A stretch of DNA of 64,000 bases from IMG/VR virus record IMGVR_UViG_3300033146_004974, positions 1-64,000 of that record. One strand, 5' to 3'. This DNA comes from a virus. Shown here piece after piece: positions 47,638-56,413 of the stretch (its first letter is position 1; every line of letters begins with the position of its first letter). Both the position numbers and the translations under genes were made by a program. Under the pieces are notes generated by a model, which did no database searches, was not told where the DNA came from, and worked only from the letters and a program-made list of their open reading frames with translations.

Positions 47638-48162
47638 GTGAAAGTTAGACACGGTTTTGTTTCAAATTCATCGTCAAGTTCGTTTCAATGCGGAGTTTGT
47701 GATGAAATTGCATCAGGTTGGGATGTCTCTTTTGAAGATTGGGGGATATATCAGTGCGGCATTTGTGAACAAACATATTGCGAACATCATGCGTTACCAT
47801 TGACGTTTGGGAATGTCCAAAGGGGAGTTGAAAAACTGATAAAAAACAGTGAAAAATCATTTTCCAATGATTTTCATGTTGACCAAGAAGTTTTGCAAAT
47901 TTTGCAGAATCATTCTGGGATGCTTGATGAACACGGACTGGATGATTTGCAAGAACTTTTCGAAGCCGGGACAAAATGGTCTGAACCAATGGTGAGAAAC
48001 TTTGTTGCAACAGTTTGTTGTCCAATGTGTTCAATGCAAAAGATGTCTCCAAGATTATATGTTAAGTACATCTTGAAACATCATTTGAAGATGACTGAAG
48101 AAGAGGTGCTGGCTTCTTTGAGAGGGAATGGTGTTACATTTGAACAACTTATGTCACCATGA
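47638..48162 (+). CDS. 'FVSNSSSSS'-motif Cys-rich protein
   Basis: MKVRHGFVSNSSSSSF N-terminus; CGVC, CGIC..CEHH, CPMC. Confidence 0.8.
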   Translation: MKVRHGFVSNSSSSSFQCGVCDEIASGWDVSFEDWGIYQCGICEQTYCEHHALPLTFGNVQRGVEKLIKNSEKSFSNDFHVDQEVLQILQNHSGMLDEHGLDDLQELFEAGTKWSEPMVRNFVATVCCPMCSMQKMSPRLYVKYILKHHLKMTEEEVLASLRGNGVTFEQLMSP

Positions 48163-48220
48163 ACTCAGGAGGAGAAGAACAGTGAACAAATTACAATAAC
48201 GTAAAAAGCTGAGGAAAAAA

Positions 48221-49474
48221 ATGAGTACATTCACATTCAAAGAAGTTTTGGCTGCAATCCCATATCTCATTGACAATCAGACTGGGAAGAAAAAGTTTGG
48301 CATCATGCTTCGTGGTCCACATGGAATTGGCAAAAGCGAATTTATTGCTCAAATTGGCCACAAATTGGGGAGAAAAGTTCTTGATGTTCGTCTTTCACAA
48401 AAAAGTGAAGGCGATTTGATGGGATTGCCAACAATTGTTGAAGGAGATGATGGTTTTTCTTCAACAAGATTCCACTCTCCAGAATGGTTTATGCAAGCCT
48501 GTCGCGAACCAGTTGTTCTTAATATGGATGAGTGGGATCGAGCAATAACAGAAGTTCGCCAAGGAGCTTTTGAAATTGGCGATTCAAGAAAGCTGGATAT
48601 GAAAGAGCTTCATCCAGATACTTTAGTTTTTACAGCGTGCAATTCTGGAACTGAATTGACTTCTGGTCAATATGATGTTAATGATCTTGATCCAGCGGAA
48701 CTTGATCGTTGGTTTGTCATTGATTTAGAACCTTCCGTTGACGACTGGTTGGCGTGGGCTTCAAAAAATGAAATTCCAGAAGTGATTTGGGATTTTCATA
48801 ATGAAAATTCAAGAACCACAAATCATCTGGAATTCAATGGGGTTTCAGAACCAAACAAGATTTACCCTTCGAGAAGAAGTTGGGCAAGATTTGCGGACGC
48901 AATCAATAATTATCTTCTTCTTGAAAAGAAAAAAAATGTTGGGGAAATGGATAAAGAAATCCTTTTCTTCCTTGGTTGCGGATTTCTGGGGGATGAGACA
49001 ACAGCAGCTTTTATTAAATACACTCAAGAGTACAAACATGGTGAAAAACCTTCCCTGGAAGACATTCTTGACCATGGGAAGTTCCACAAGTTGAAGACCT
49101 GTGAAGCAACTGATCACATTGCAATTGTGGAGAAGTTTAAGAAAAAATATCCTGTCACAAAGGGTGATACATTCATTCTTAATGGGCAACAGATTGAGAA
49201 TCTTGCGGAGTATGCAGTAAATTATTGCCCACCTGAAGTAGCAATTTTGTTGTTTAATCATGTCACTTTCCTTCCTGCAAAGGATGAAGAAATTCAAGTT
49301 TTGATGAGACGAACGAGGAGAGAAAGAGGGAGCACTCACCCAACGGGACGGTTGTTTTCAGATGCAATGAGAATTTATAATTGCAAAGTTTTTGAAAAGA
49401 GAACAGGGGAGTTGACAACATTCAAAAAGTATTTTGCTTCATTTGCTGGGAAATCTTCTCTGATCAGTTTTTAA
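48221..49474 (+). CDS. MoxR-like AAA+ ATPase
   Basis: GPHGIGKS, DVRLSQ, NMDEWDR, DPAELDRW, PSRRSW. Confidence 0.9.
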   Translation: MSTFTFKEVLAAIPYLIDNQTGKKKFGIMLRGPHGIGKSEFIAQIGHKLGRKVLDVRLSQKSEGDLMGLPTIVEGDDGFSSTRFHSPEWFMQACREPVVLNMDEWDRAITEVRQGAFEIGDSRKLDMKELHPDTLVFTACNSGTELTSGQYDVNDLDPAELDRWFVIDLEPSVDDWLAWASKNEIPEVIWDFHNENSRTTNHLEFNGVSEPNKIYPSRRSWARFADAINNYLLLEKKKNVGEMDKEILFFLGCGFLGDETTAAFIKYTQEYKHGEKPSLEDILDHGKFHKLKTCEATDHIAIVEKFKKKYPVTKGDTFILNGQQIENLAEYAVNYCPPEVAILLFNHVTFLPAKDEEIQVLMRRTRRERGSTHPTGRLFSDAMRIYNCKVFEKRTGELTTFKKYFASFAGKSSLISF

Positions 49475-49513
49475 ACGCAATGCTTTTGCATTGCGGAATT
49501 GGGGTGGTGAAAA

Positions 49514-50830
49514 ATGTCTCTTTTTGAAAAAGAAGTCGTCAGATTATTATACGAAGAACCGTTTTTTGCAGCTTTGTCAATGAGGATTAATAAACGTGCG
49601 ATAAAAGGTGGGCATATTGCAGGAGTGGGGATTGTCAATGGACGTTTGGAAATGGTTTATAATGAAGAAATGTTTTTCAGTCTCGATGCTGAAACGCGTC
49701 TTGGGCTTTTAAAACATGAAATGTATCACATTGTTTTGGCGCATTTAACGGAAAGGCTACTGTACTCAGACGAATCAAAAGAGATGCAAGAAATTTATGC
49801 AGTTGTTGCTAACATCGCTAAAGATTTAGCAATTAATACGCATATCCCCTCATTGAGCGGTGTTAAAAAGGTGCTTGTTAAAGGTGAAATGCAGGAAATT
49901 TATTTTTGTATTCCAGGTGGTAAGGGATATGAAAAATATCCTCCGAATTTGACTTCTGAAGCATATTACGACATGCTTAAAAAAGATGAGGAATTCCTCG
50001 CGACATTCAAATGTTCAGTTTGTAAAAAGAAGATTCCATTTAATGAAAAAGACGAGCTGAAAGATGATTATTGCAAAGGTTGCAAAGGTTACGGCGGGGT
50101 TTTGGGAGAAAGTGGTCCAGAACATGGGAATCACGATAAGCATGAAGGATTTGGAGAATCGAAAGTCAATGATGCGATTCTTAAGGATGTTCTAAACAAG
50201 GCTTACAAAGATGGATTGCGCAAAGGTTTTGGGTCTTTGTCGCATGAATATCAGGAGCTTTTGAAAAATTATTTTTCAAACTATGTTGATTGGAAGATGC
50301 TTTTTAGAAGATTTGTAAAATTTTCCATCAGAAATGGAAAAAAATCATCTTTGATGAAGTTGAACAAACGATATCCTTATATGTTTGCAGGAAAGAAATA
50401 TAACAGAACTGCCAACATTGCGGTGTCAATTGACGAAAGCGGCTCTGTTAGCAATGAAATGCTTGAAGTGTTCATAGCAGAGCTGAACTCTCTTTCGAGA
50501 ATGGTGGAATTTACTGTTATCCCTTTTGACACAAAGATAAACAAAAAAAATATCTTTGTGTGGAAAAAGGGGAGCAAATTAGATTTTATTCGTCGCCAAG
50601 CTGGCGGAACCGACTTCGATGCACCGACAAACTGGGTGAATGAGAATAAATCTCCAAATGGTTCTAAATTTGATGGTCACATTATTCTAACAGATTTAGA
50701 AGCTCCTCAACCTGGCCCAAGTCGTTGTAAAAGAATGTGGATTACAACTGAATCATGCAGTAATAGCTATTTCGATCCAAAAAGCATTGGAGAAGTTGTT
50801 ACTTATATCCCGGATGAACAACTAAGATAA
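49514..50830 (+). CDS. VWA-like domain metallopeptidase (DUF2201-type)
   Basis: KHEMYH, NIAKDLAIN, IDESGSV (MIDAS), GGTDF, LTD. Confidence 0.9.
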   Translation: MSLFEKEVVRLLYEEPFFAALSMRINKRAIKGGHIAGVGIVNGRLEMVYNEEMFFSLDAETRLGLLKHEMYHIVLAHLTERLLYSDESKEMQEIYAVVANIAKDLAINTHIPSLSGVKKVLVKGEMQEIYFCIPGGKGYEKYPPNLTSEAYYDMLKKDEEFLATFKCSVCKKKIPFNEKDELKDDYCKGCKGYGGVLGESGPEHGNHDKHEGFGESKVNDAILKDVLNKAYKDGLRKGFGSLSHEYQELLKNYFSNYVDWKMLFRRFVKFSIRNGKKSSLMKLNKRYPYMFAGKKYNRTANIAVSIDESGSVSNEMLEVFIAELNSLSRMVEFTVIPFDTKINKKNIFVWKKGSKLDFIRRQAGGTDFDAPTNWVNENKSPNGSKFDGHIILTDLEAPQPGPSRCKRMWITTESCSNSYFDPKSIGEVVTYIPDEQLR

Positions 50831-50841
50831 AAGGAAGGAAA

Positions 50842-51168
50842 ATGAGTAAAGAAATTTTAAAAACTGAACAAACACAAGAGAAGTTACAGGCTGTTGAGAT
50901 TGAAGTTGTGAAGCAACGTTCGATTTTAAAACTTTTAGATTTTTTAAACGAATCCAGTTACAATTATGATTTTGTAAATGGCAAAGGGCACTTCTTTCGT
51001 TTGAGATTGAAGATTGCTGGACAAGAAATGAACGAATATGCTACAATTGATTTTCATTTTTTATTTGCAGCAGCAGAAGGTGAATATCAGTTTTTGAACA
51101 AATTTAAGAATTATTTGCTTTCCATCTTAACAATTATAGACACGGAATTGTTAAGATGGAAAGCATAA
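50842..51168 (+). CDS. hypothetical protein
   Basis: SD AAGGA. Confidence 0.6.
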   Translation: MSKEILKTEQTQEKLQAVEIEVVKQRSILKLLDFLNESSYNYDFVNGKGHFFRLRLKIAGQEMNEYATIDFHFLFAAAEGEYQFLNKFKNYLLSILTIIDTELLRWKA

Positions 51169-51314
51169 TGAAAAATGAAAAACCACCATCTTCTTAGGTA
51201 CACCCGCGCGCATTATGCGCGCGGCACGCAAGAGCGTTATAGTAAAAAGAATGATAACCTTCAGGGGGCTAAAATTTATTGCTAGTTTTCAGAAAATTTT
51301 AAAAGGAAGCTACA

Positions 51315-51521
51315 ATGAAATTTAAGGAGTTTTCACCAAATATTAATGCAGCTTTCACCGGATGGACGTTGTTCGAAACGATTAGAATAATGTCAAAGGA
51401 AGGTGAAGTGGTGATGAGATGCGAAAATATGGACTGGCTTTGGGAATATCAAGAGATTGATGGAATTAAGGTGCAAACCATATTTAAAATAGGGCAATAT
51501 TTCTCAAGAGTTGAACAATAA
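51315..51521 (+). CDS. hypothetical protein
   Basis: SD AAGGA. Confidence 0.55.
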   Translation: MKFKEFSPNINAAFTGWTLFETIRIMSKEGEVVMRCENMDWLWEYQEIDGIKVQTIFKIGQYFSRVEQ

Positions 51522-51640
51522 ATGTGATGGTTAAAACGTGAGGTCAAAAATGGTTAATATCATTTTAACAATGGCTTGGCTATCCATTTTGATAGCCTTC
51601 GCCATTCTTTTTTATTTAAGATTTAGCCATGAATAGCTCG

Positions 51641-51690
51641 GAATTCGCGCGCCACTTGACTAGACATGTGCCTATGTTAATGTCTAGTCA
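51641..51690 (+). promoter_or_regulatory. promoter overlapped by an 11-bp inverted repeat; probably leaderless
   Basis: GAATTC..TTGACT-N16-TAATGT; TGACTAGACAT-N12-ATGTCTAGTCA ends at ATG 51690. Confidence 0.55.
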
Positions 51691-52442
51691 TGGCATGGCA
51701 AAGGGGGAGTAGCGTGCGACAAAAAATAGAATTTCTCTTGAATTCGATTACGAACGTTAAAACAGGAAGACATGCTATAAGAAAGATGTCTAGACTTTTA
51801 AAGGAAAATGGCGAATTTGTTGCACCAATTGGTTTGGGCAATATAAAAACGGGATTGCCCGGATTTTATCGAAAGGTTGGTGACAATTGTCCAACTTGTA
51901 AGTTTAAAAACGATGGGTGTTACGCTCAACTTGGTTATGTTGGGATTGTTGAAAAACGTTCTCCAACTTCTTCTGAAGCGGCTTTGAACGGATTTCTTAT
52001 CTCCACAATTGTTTCGCAAAAATATTACAACAAACCTTCAAGATTGTTTGTATCTGGTGATATTTTTATAAATGGAGAATATGACAAAGAATTACATAAT
52101 TCTTTAATTGAAGCTGGACAAATTCTCCAAACAATTTTTGGAACAGAAACTCTTGCATATGGATACACTCATGGCAAAAATCTTTTAAAAGAAATTAAAG
52201 AATTGAAGAGTGCTGGAATTGTTTTATTGCAATCAGAATTTCATGGTGTTGGAGGTTCTGTTGTTCATCATTTTAATAAATTTGATGAGCTAAAAAGTAA
52301 TGAATTTCGCTACATAAAATGTCCTGCACAGCTCAGAAAAGATTTCCAATGCAGTGATTGCAAATTATGTATCAAATCTTATGAAAAGAAGTTGTGCATT
52401 GTTTTTAATCCACATGGGGCACTGAAAGGGAAATTCAAATGA
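51690..52442 (+). CDS. Cys-rich phage protein (GP88-like)
   Basis: NIKTG, CPTC..GCYA, RLFVSGD, YGYTH, CPAQ..CSDCKLC. Confidence 0.7.
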   Translation: MAWQRGSSVRQKIEFLLNSITNVKTGRHAIRKMSRLLKENGEFVAPIGLGNIKTGLPGFYRKVGDNCPTCKFKNDGCYAQLGYVGIVEKRSPTSSEAALNGFLISTIVSQKYYNKPSRLFVSGDIFINGEYDKELHNSLIEAGQILQTIFGTETLAYGYTHGKNLLKEIKELKSAGIVLLQSEFHGVGGSVVHHFNKFDELKSNEFRYIKCPAQLRKDFQCSDCKLCIKSYEKKLCIVFNPHGALKGKFK

Positions 52443-53170
52443 GAATTCAAATTGTTTCTGATCTGCACATTGAAAATTATGCAGATTACAATTGGCTTAT
52501 TGAAGAGATAATAGCAACAAAAAACAAATATAAATCCGACATTCTTGCAATTGCAGGAGATGTCGGAAATTATCCGAAAAATTTAGAATTGATTGAAAAA
52601 TTTGGGAAATATTTTTCTCAAGTTATTTTTGTATGGGGGAACCACGATTATTACAACAACCGTGGAAAATTAATTTTAGAAACCGAAAAAAGATTCGCAA
52701 AATCGGATAATATCCATTGGTTGCAACAAAATAGAATCGAAATTGATGGTCAAGGGTTTATTGGGGCGACATGCTGGTTCCCCAAAAGAAAAGATGATCA
52801 AAAATATGCTCACATGATGGCCAACAAAATTTATTCTGAATCAGAAGGAATGTCGTGGATTTATTCTCAACATCGCTTGGCAAAGAAATTTTTTAAAGAA
52901 AATATGAAAGATGGTGATATAGTTTTGACTCACCATATGCCAACATATCGATGCGTGAGTCCAAAATTTTCTGGTTCCCCTTTGAATCGTTTTTTTGTCT
53001 CTTCAATGACGAAAGAAATTAAAAAGGCTAAACCTTCTTTGTGGATTTGTGGTCATACACATGACAAATTTTCGGTAGAACAGTTTGAAACAGCAATTGT
53101 AGCAAATCCTTTTGGATATCCGAGCGAGATAAGGTTGCGAGGAATTTCAGAACTTGTTTTGGAATGGTGA
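52439..53170 (+). CDS. calcineurin-like metallophosphoesterase
   Basis: SDLH, AGD, GNHD, THH.P, GHTH, NPFGY. Confidence 0.93.
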   Translation: MRIQIVSDLHIENYADYNWLIEEIIATKNKYKSDILAIAGDVGNYPKNLELIEKFGKYFSQVIFVWGNHDYYNNRGKLILETEKRFAKSDNIHWLQQNRIEIDGQGFIGATCWFPKRKDDQKYAHMMANKIYSESEGMSWIYSQHRLAKKFFKENMKDGDIVLTHHMPTYRCVSPKFSGSPLNRFFVSSMTKEIKKAKPSLWICGHTHDKFSVEQFETAIVANPFGYPSEIRLRGISELVLEW

Positions 53171-53187
53171 GCACTGTTTGAAACATT

Positions 53188-53244
53188 CTGAAACGGCACG
53201 AATTCACGCTCCGCTTGACAAAACAGAGGTGTTCATGCGACGCT
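53188..53244 (+). promoter_or_regulatory. phage promoter family member
   Basis: CTGAAACGGCACGAATTC..TTGACA; -10 element weak. Confidence 0.65.
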
Positions 53245-53289
53245 TAGATTGTGGGAAAGACATAAAGCGTTGACCAAACGGGGGGAAAA

Positions 53290-53517
53290 ATGAAAAAGAA
53301 TCTTTGGATCATTGCAAAAAAAAGTCAGGGAGCAGAAATTGTTTACTGTTTTCATGATTCTTTTCATGGAGCTACCAAGGATTTAAGAGAGAATCGTTAT
53401 CCATTCTCTCACTACCTTCGAAGAGAAAATGACAACGATTTTTATCGTTGTCATTTCTGCAAAAGGAAGATGCGATTAAATGAAAGATGTTCTTGCACGA
53501 TTCCTAAAAGAGGATGA
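53290..53517 (+). CDS. small protein with C-terminal zinc finger
   Basis: CHFC..CSC. Confidence 0.55.
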   Translation: MKKNLWIIAKKSQGAEIVYCFHDSFHGATKDLRENRYPFSHYLRRENDNDFYRCHFCKRKMRLNERCSCTIPKRG

Positions 53518-53942
53518 GTAAGTATTTCTCGGAAGAGGGAAAGATTGTTCAATTGTCCAGAAGACAAAAAAATATCGTTTCCCTAGCAAAGAATATCTCT
53601 TTTCAATCACAACATCCGACTTTTTTTCATGGTGCCGTTCTAGTTCGTGGTTCAATAATCATTAACACAGCGTGCAATACCTTGGACTATTCTTACTTTG
53701 GGAATAGATTTAGAAATGATGGTTTCAAAGCGACTCGTCACGCTGAGTTGAGTGTCATTTTAGGAATTCCCAGGAAAAATACAACTGGTTCTGATATTTA
53801 TGTTGTCAGGACTAATAAAGATTCTATGTTTTGTAATTCAAAACCTTGCATGATGTGTAGCAATGCTATGTTATATGTTGGCATCAAAAGAGTCTTTTTC
53901 TCTGATGAAAAAGGATTCATCAGAGTTATCAAATTGCTATAG
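53514..53942 (+). CDS. zinc-dependent cytidine/dCMP-type deaminase
   Basis: HGAVL, HAE, SKPCMMC, GIKRVFFS. Confidence 0.88.
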   Translation: MSKYFSEEGKIVQLSRRQKNIVSLAKNISFQSQHPTFFHGAVLVRGSIIINTACNTLDYSYFGNRFRNDGFKATRHAELSVILGIPRKNTTGSDIYVVRTNKDSMFCNSKPCMMCSNAMLYVGIKRVFFSDEKGFIRVIKLL

Positions 53943-53961
53943 CCTCGCCCTGGGAGAAACG

Positions 53962-55308
53962 ATGCGTCAAGTAAGAATCCATTCAACAAGAGTTAAAGAT
54001 TTTGAAAGAAGGTTGCGCGCAATTGAAAAGAAGGCGCGCAAGGCTGGAATCGAACCACCAAAGGCTCAATTTTCGACTCTTGAAGAAGTTCCTTATTTTT
54101 CCTATGATGGGAAAGATTTGGATTCTTATGATGGTTCGAGAACTCCCCGTGGATATCATGTCTATCATATTTATATGGTGACAAAACCCGATTATCAACT
54201 CCCTGGAGGATGGGAGTTGAAAGCTGCAATTGAACATGAAGAGGAAGCCAACATGATTTATTCATGGGATGGAGATAAATCTTATGAAGAATTCAGAAAA
54301 GCTCCTGCCATTTGTGATCATTGCAAAACGAATCGCAAAAGGAATTTGACATATCTTGTCAAAAATTCTGAAGGGGACCTAAGACAAGTTGGCAAAACTT
54401 GTTTGAAGGAATATATGGGAATCGATGCTGCGAAAGCGTTGCTAGCCATTGATTCAACTCGTTTGGAAAATATGGGTTGGGATGGTGAGGCAAAAATTCC
54501 ATCAAGATATCCAATTCATTTGACAATTGCTCTTGCAAAAGAGGAGATTGAAACAAGTGGATATCATAAAACCTCGGAAAAAAACTCGACGAAAGATGCT
54601 GTTATCGAAACGTTTATGATGTTGGAAAGCAGGAACGAAAAAGTCTTGCAAAGCGCCAAGGGCTATATTGCAAAAGCTTTAGACAAACATGGACAGTATG
54701 CAAAGGAAGCTGTTATTTGGATGAAGTCCGAAACTTTTGACAATGATTATTTAAACAATTTGAAGGCAATCTGTTTAACTTCTTCTGTTTCAACAAAGAG
54801 AATGGGACTTCTCGTTTCAATGCCTTTGGCATATGACAATCATTTGAAAAAGTTGAATGCAGACAAAACAAATGACATTGAATCTGTTTATTTTGGAAGA
54901 GTCGGGGATAAGATTGGCACTCTTTTGACAAAAAGTGATCGCACTTGTGAAAGATTGACTTATTTCACCAATTTAAAAACTGGTGAAATTGTCGCATTTT
55001 CCGACACTAGATTGACCAATTTGCGAGCACAAGATTATGACAAATCTATGCTAGCAGGTTTGTTTTTAACTGTTACCACAAGGAAAGTTGTCGATGGTTA
55101 TTACGGTGTTAGTACATTATTAAAAATGGTTGACTCCGAAGGGCATTTGTTCGTTTATTTTAAAAGCGGATATTTTGACGAAGTAGTTGATCCCGGTGAT
55201 CAAATTATTTTGAAAGGAACAATCAAGAGGCATGAAATTTTCAACAATGTTAAGCAAACAGTTTTGACAAGATGCTCAATCACTAAACTTCAAGGTGTAG
55301 AAGAATGA
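53962..55308 (+). CDS. conserved phage protein with zinc finger and C-terminal OB-fold-like region
   Basis: CDHC..R.R..QVG.TC; C-terminal LKGTIKRH..KQTVLTRC. Confidence 0.7.
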   Translation: MRQVRIHSTRVKDFERRLRAIEKKARKAGIEPPKAQFSTLEEVPYFSYDGKDLDSYDGSRTPRGYHVYHIYMVTKPDYQLPGGWELKAAIEHEEEANMIYSWDGDKSYEEFRKAPAICDHCKTNRKRNLTYLVKNSEGDLRQVGKTCLKEYMGIDAAKALLAIDSTRLENMGWDGEAKIPSRYPIHLTIALAKEEIETSGYHKTSEKNSTKDAVIETFMMLESRNEKVLQSAKGYIAKALDKHGQYAKEAVIWMKSETFDNDYLNNLKAICLTSSVSTKRMGLLVSMPLAYDNHLKKLNADKTNDIESVYFGRVGDKIGTLLTKSDRTCERLTYFTNLKTGEIVAFSDTRLTNLRAQDYDKSMLAGLFLTVTTRKVVDGYYGVSTLLKMVDSEGHLFVYFKSGYFDEVVDPGDQIILKGTIKRHEIFNNVKQTVLTRCSITKLQGVEE

Positions 55309-55505
55309 AAGTTTACAAGAAAATTGAATATATTTTACAGTGCGACATATGTCGCACAATCCTAAGCTTCACGATTGGCGAAGCTCTTGAAAACGATAAC
55401 CAATTGGAATGCCCAGAATGCCACAATTTTTTAATGGTTGGCGAGGATATCCCAAGCGTATATCTCACCATTGAAGAATATGAGGAAAAGGAAAAAAGAC
55501 GTTGA
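55305..55505 (+). CDS. zinc-ribbon protein
   Basis: CDIC..CPEC. Confidence 0.6.
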   Translation: MKVYKKIEYILQCDICRTILSFTIGEALENDNQLECPECHNFLMVGEDIPSVYLTIEEYEEKEKRR

Positions 55506-55963
55506 AAAACGGATTTTCTAAAAAAAGAGTTCGCAAAGGATTCCCTGAATTGGTCCATGGTGAATATTATACTACAAATGTTCAACCATTCTGGAACAGG
55601 TTTGTACCATTTGATAAAGACTTGAAACTTTCAATGTTTGCTTTGTCAATTTCTTTTGAAAATTTAGAACCTTTCGCCATTGGGGTTAGGAATTTAAATG
55701 GCGAATTTCTTGTGGGATATGAAAAGACAATTCTAGGAAACGAATTGTTCACTTCGTTCGATGGCCAGAAGGAATTTTTAAACAGATTCATCACGAATCC
55801 AGAAATCAGTTTTTTATTGGTTTGGCAAAGTTTGCTTATCAATGCAGATGAGCAACAGAAGATTCCATACCTTTTGTCGAAGGAATTTGTTAACTTTTCT
55901 GGAATCGTGTTAAGAGGGAATGCGCAAAGGGTTAAGAGCTTTTCTCTTTTTGCAAAACCGTAA
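55502..55963 (+). CDS. hypothetical protein
   Basis: ORF in operon. Confidence 0.55.
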   Translation: MKNGFSKKRVRKGFPELVHGEYYTTNVQPFWNRFVPFDKDLKLSMFALSISFENLEPFAIGVRNLNGEFLVGYEKTILGNELFTSFDGQKEFLNRFITNPEISFLLVWQSLLINADEQQKIPYLLSKEFVNFSGIVLRGNAQRVKSFSLFAKP

Positions 55964-55972
55964 GGAAAGATC

Positions 55973-56110
55973 ATGAATTTTGAAGAATCAGTCAAGCCTT
56001 CTCTTTTTGAGGAATTTGTTGAAGAACATGAATGCCTCGAATGTGGGGAATTTTTTGAAAATTGTCGTTGTAACGAAATGTTGCAAGATTTGGAAGAAGA
56101 TTTTGTTTAA
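55973..56110 (+). CDS. 45-aa acidic zinc-finger peptide
   Basis: Translated by hand: MNFEESVKPSLFEEFVEEHECLECGEFFENCRCNEMLQDLEEDFV; SD AAGGA. Confidence 0.6.
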   Translation: MNFEESVKPSLFEEFVEEHECLECGEFFENCRCNEMLQDLEEDFV

Positions 56111-56115
56111 AAATC

Positions 56116-56172
56116 TTGAAACGGCGCAAATTCATGCGCAGTTTGACAAAACAGGTGTGCACATGCCATGCT
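56116..56172 (+). promoter_or_regulatory. phage promoter family member
   Basis: TTGAAACGGCGCAAATTC..TTGACA-N18-CATGCT. Confidence 0.75.
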
Positions 56173-56222
56173 TGAATTGTGGGCGAGACGAGAGGGAAAG
56201 ACATTCAACGAAGGACTACAGA

Positions 56223-56381
56223 ATGAGGTTTTTCACAACATTTGCTTTCATTCTTTCCTGCAATTTGATCTCTCTGATTGTTGCAGATGTCAATCCTCTT
56301 TTAACAAGCTGTTTAGTTTTTGCAGGGATGCTGTACGGCGTCTGGGCAAGTTATGGCAGCTCGCTAAAAAGGAAGAAGTGA
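56223..56381 (+). CDS. small two-TM membrane protein
   Basis: MRFFTTFAFILS...; SD AAGGA. Confidence 0.5.
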   Translation: MRFFTTFAFILSCNLISLIVADVNPLLTSCLVFAGMLYGVWASYGSSLKRKK

Positions 56382-56413
56382 AGTCATTCCAAACCTTAAC
56401 GAGAGAATCGAAA

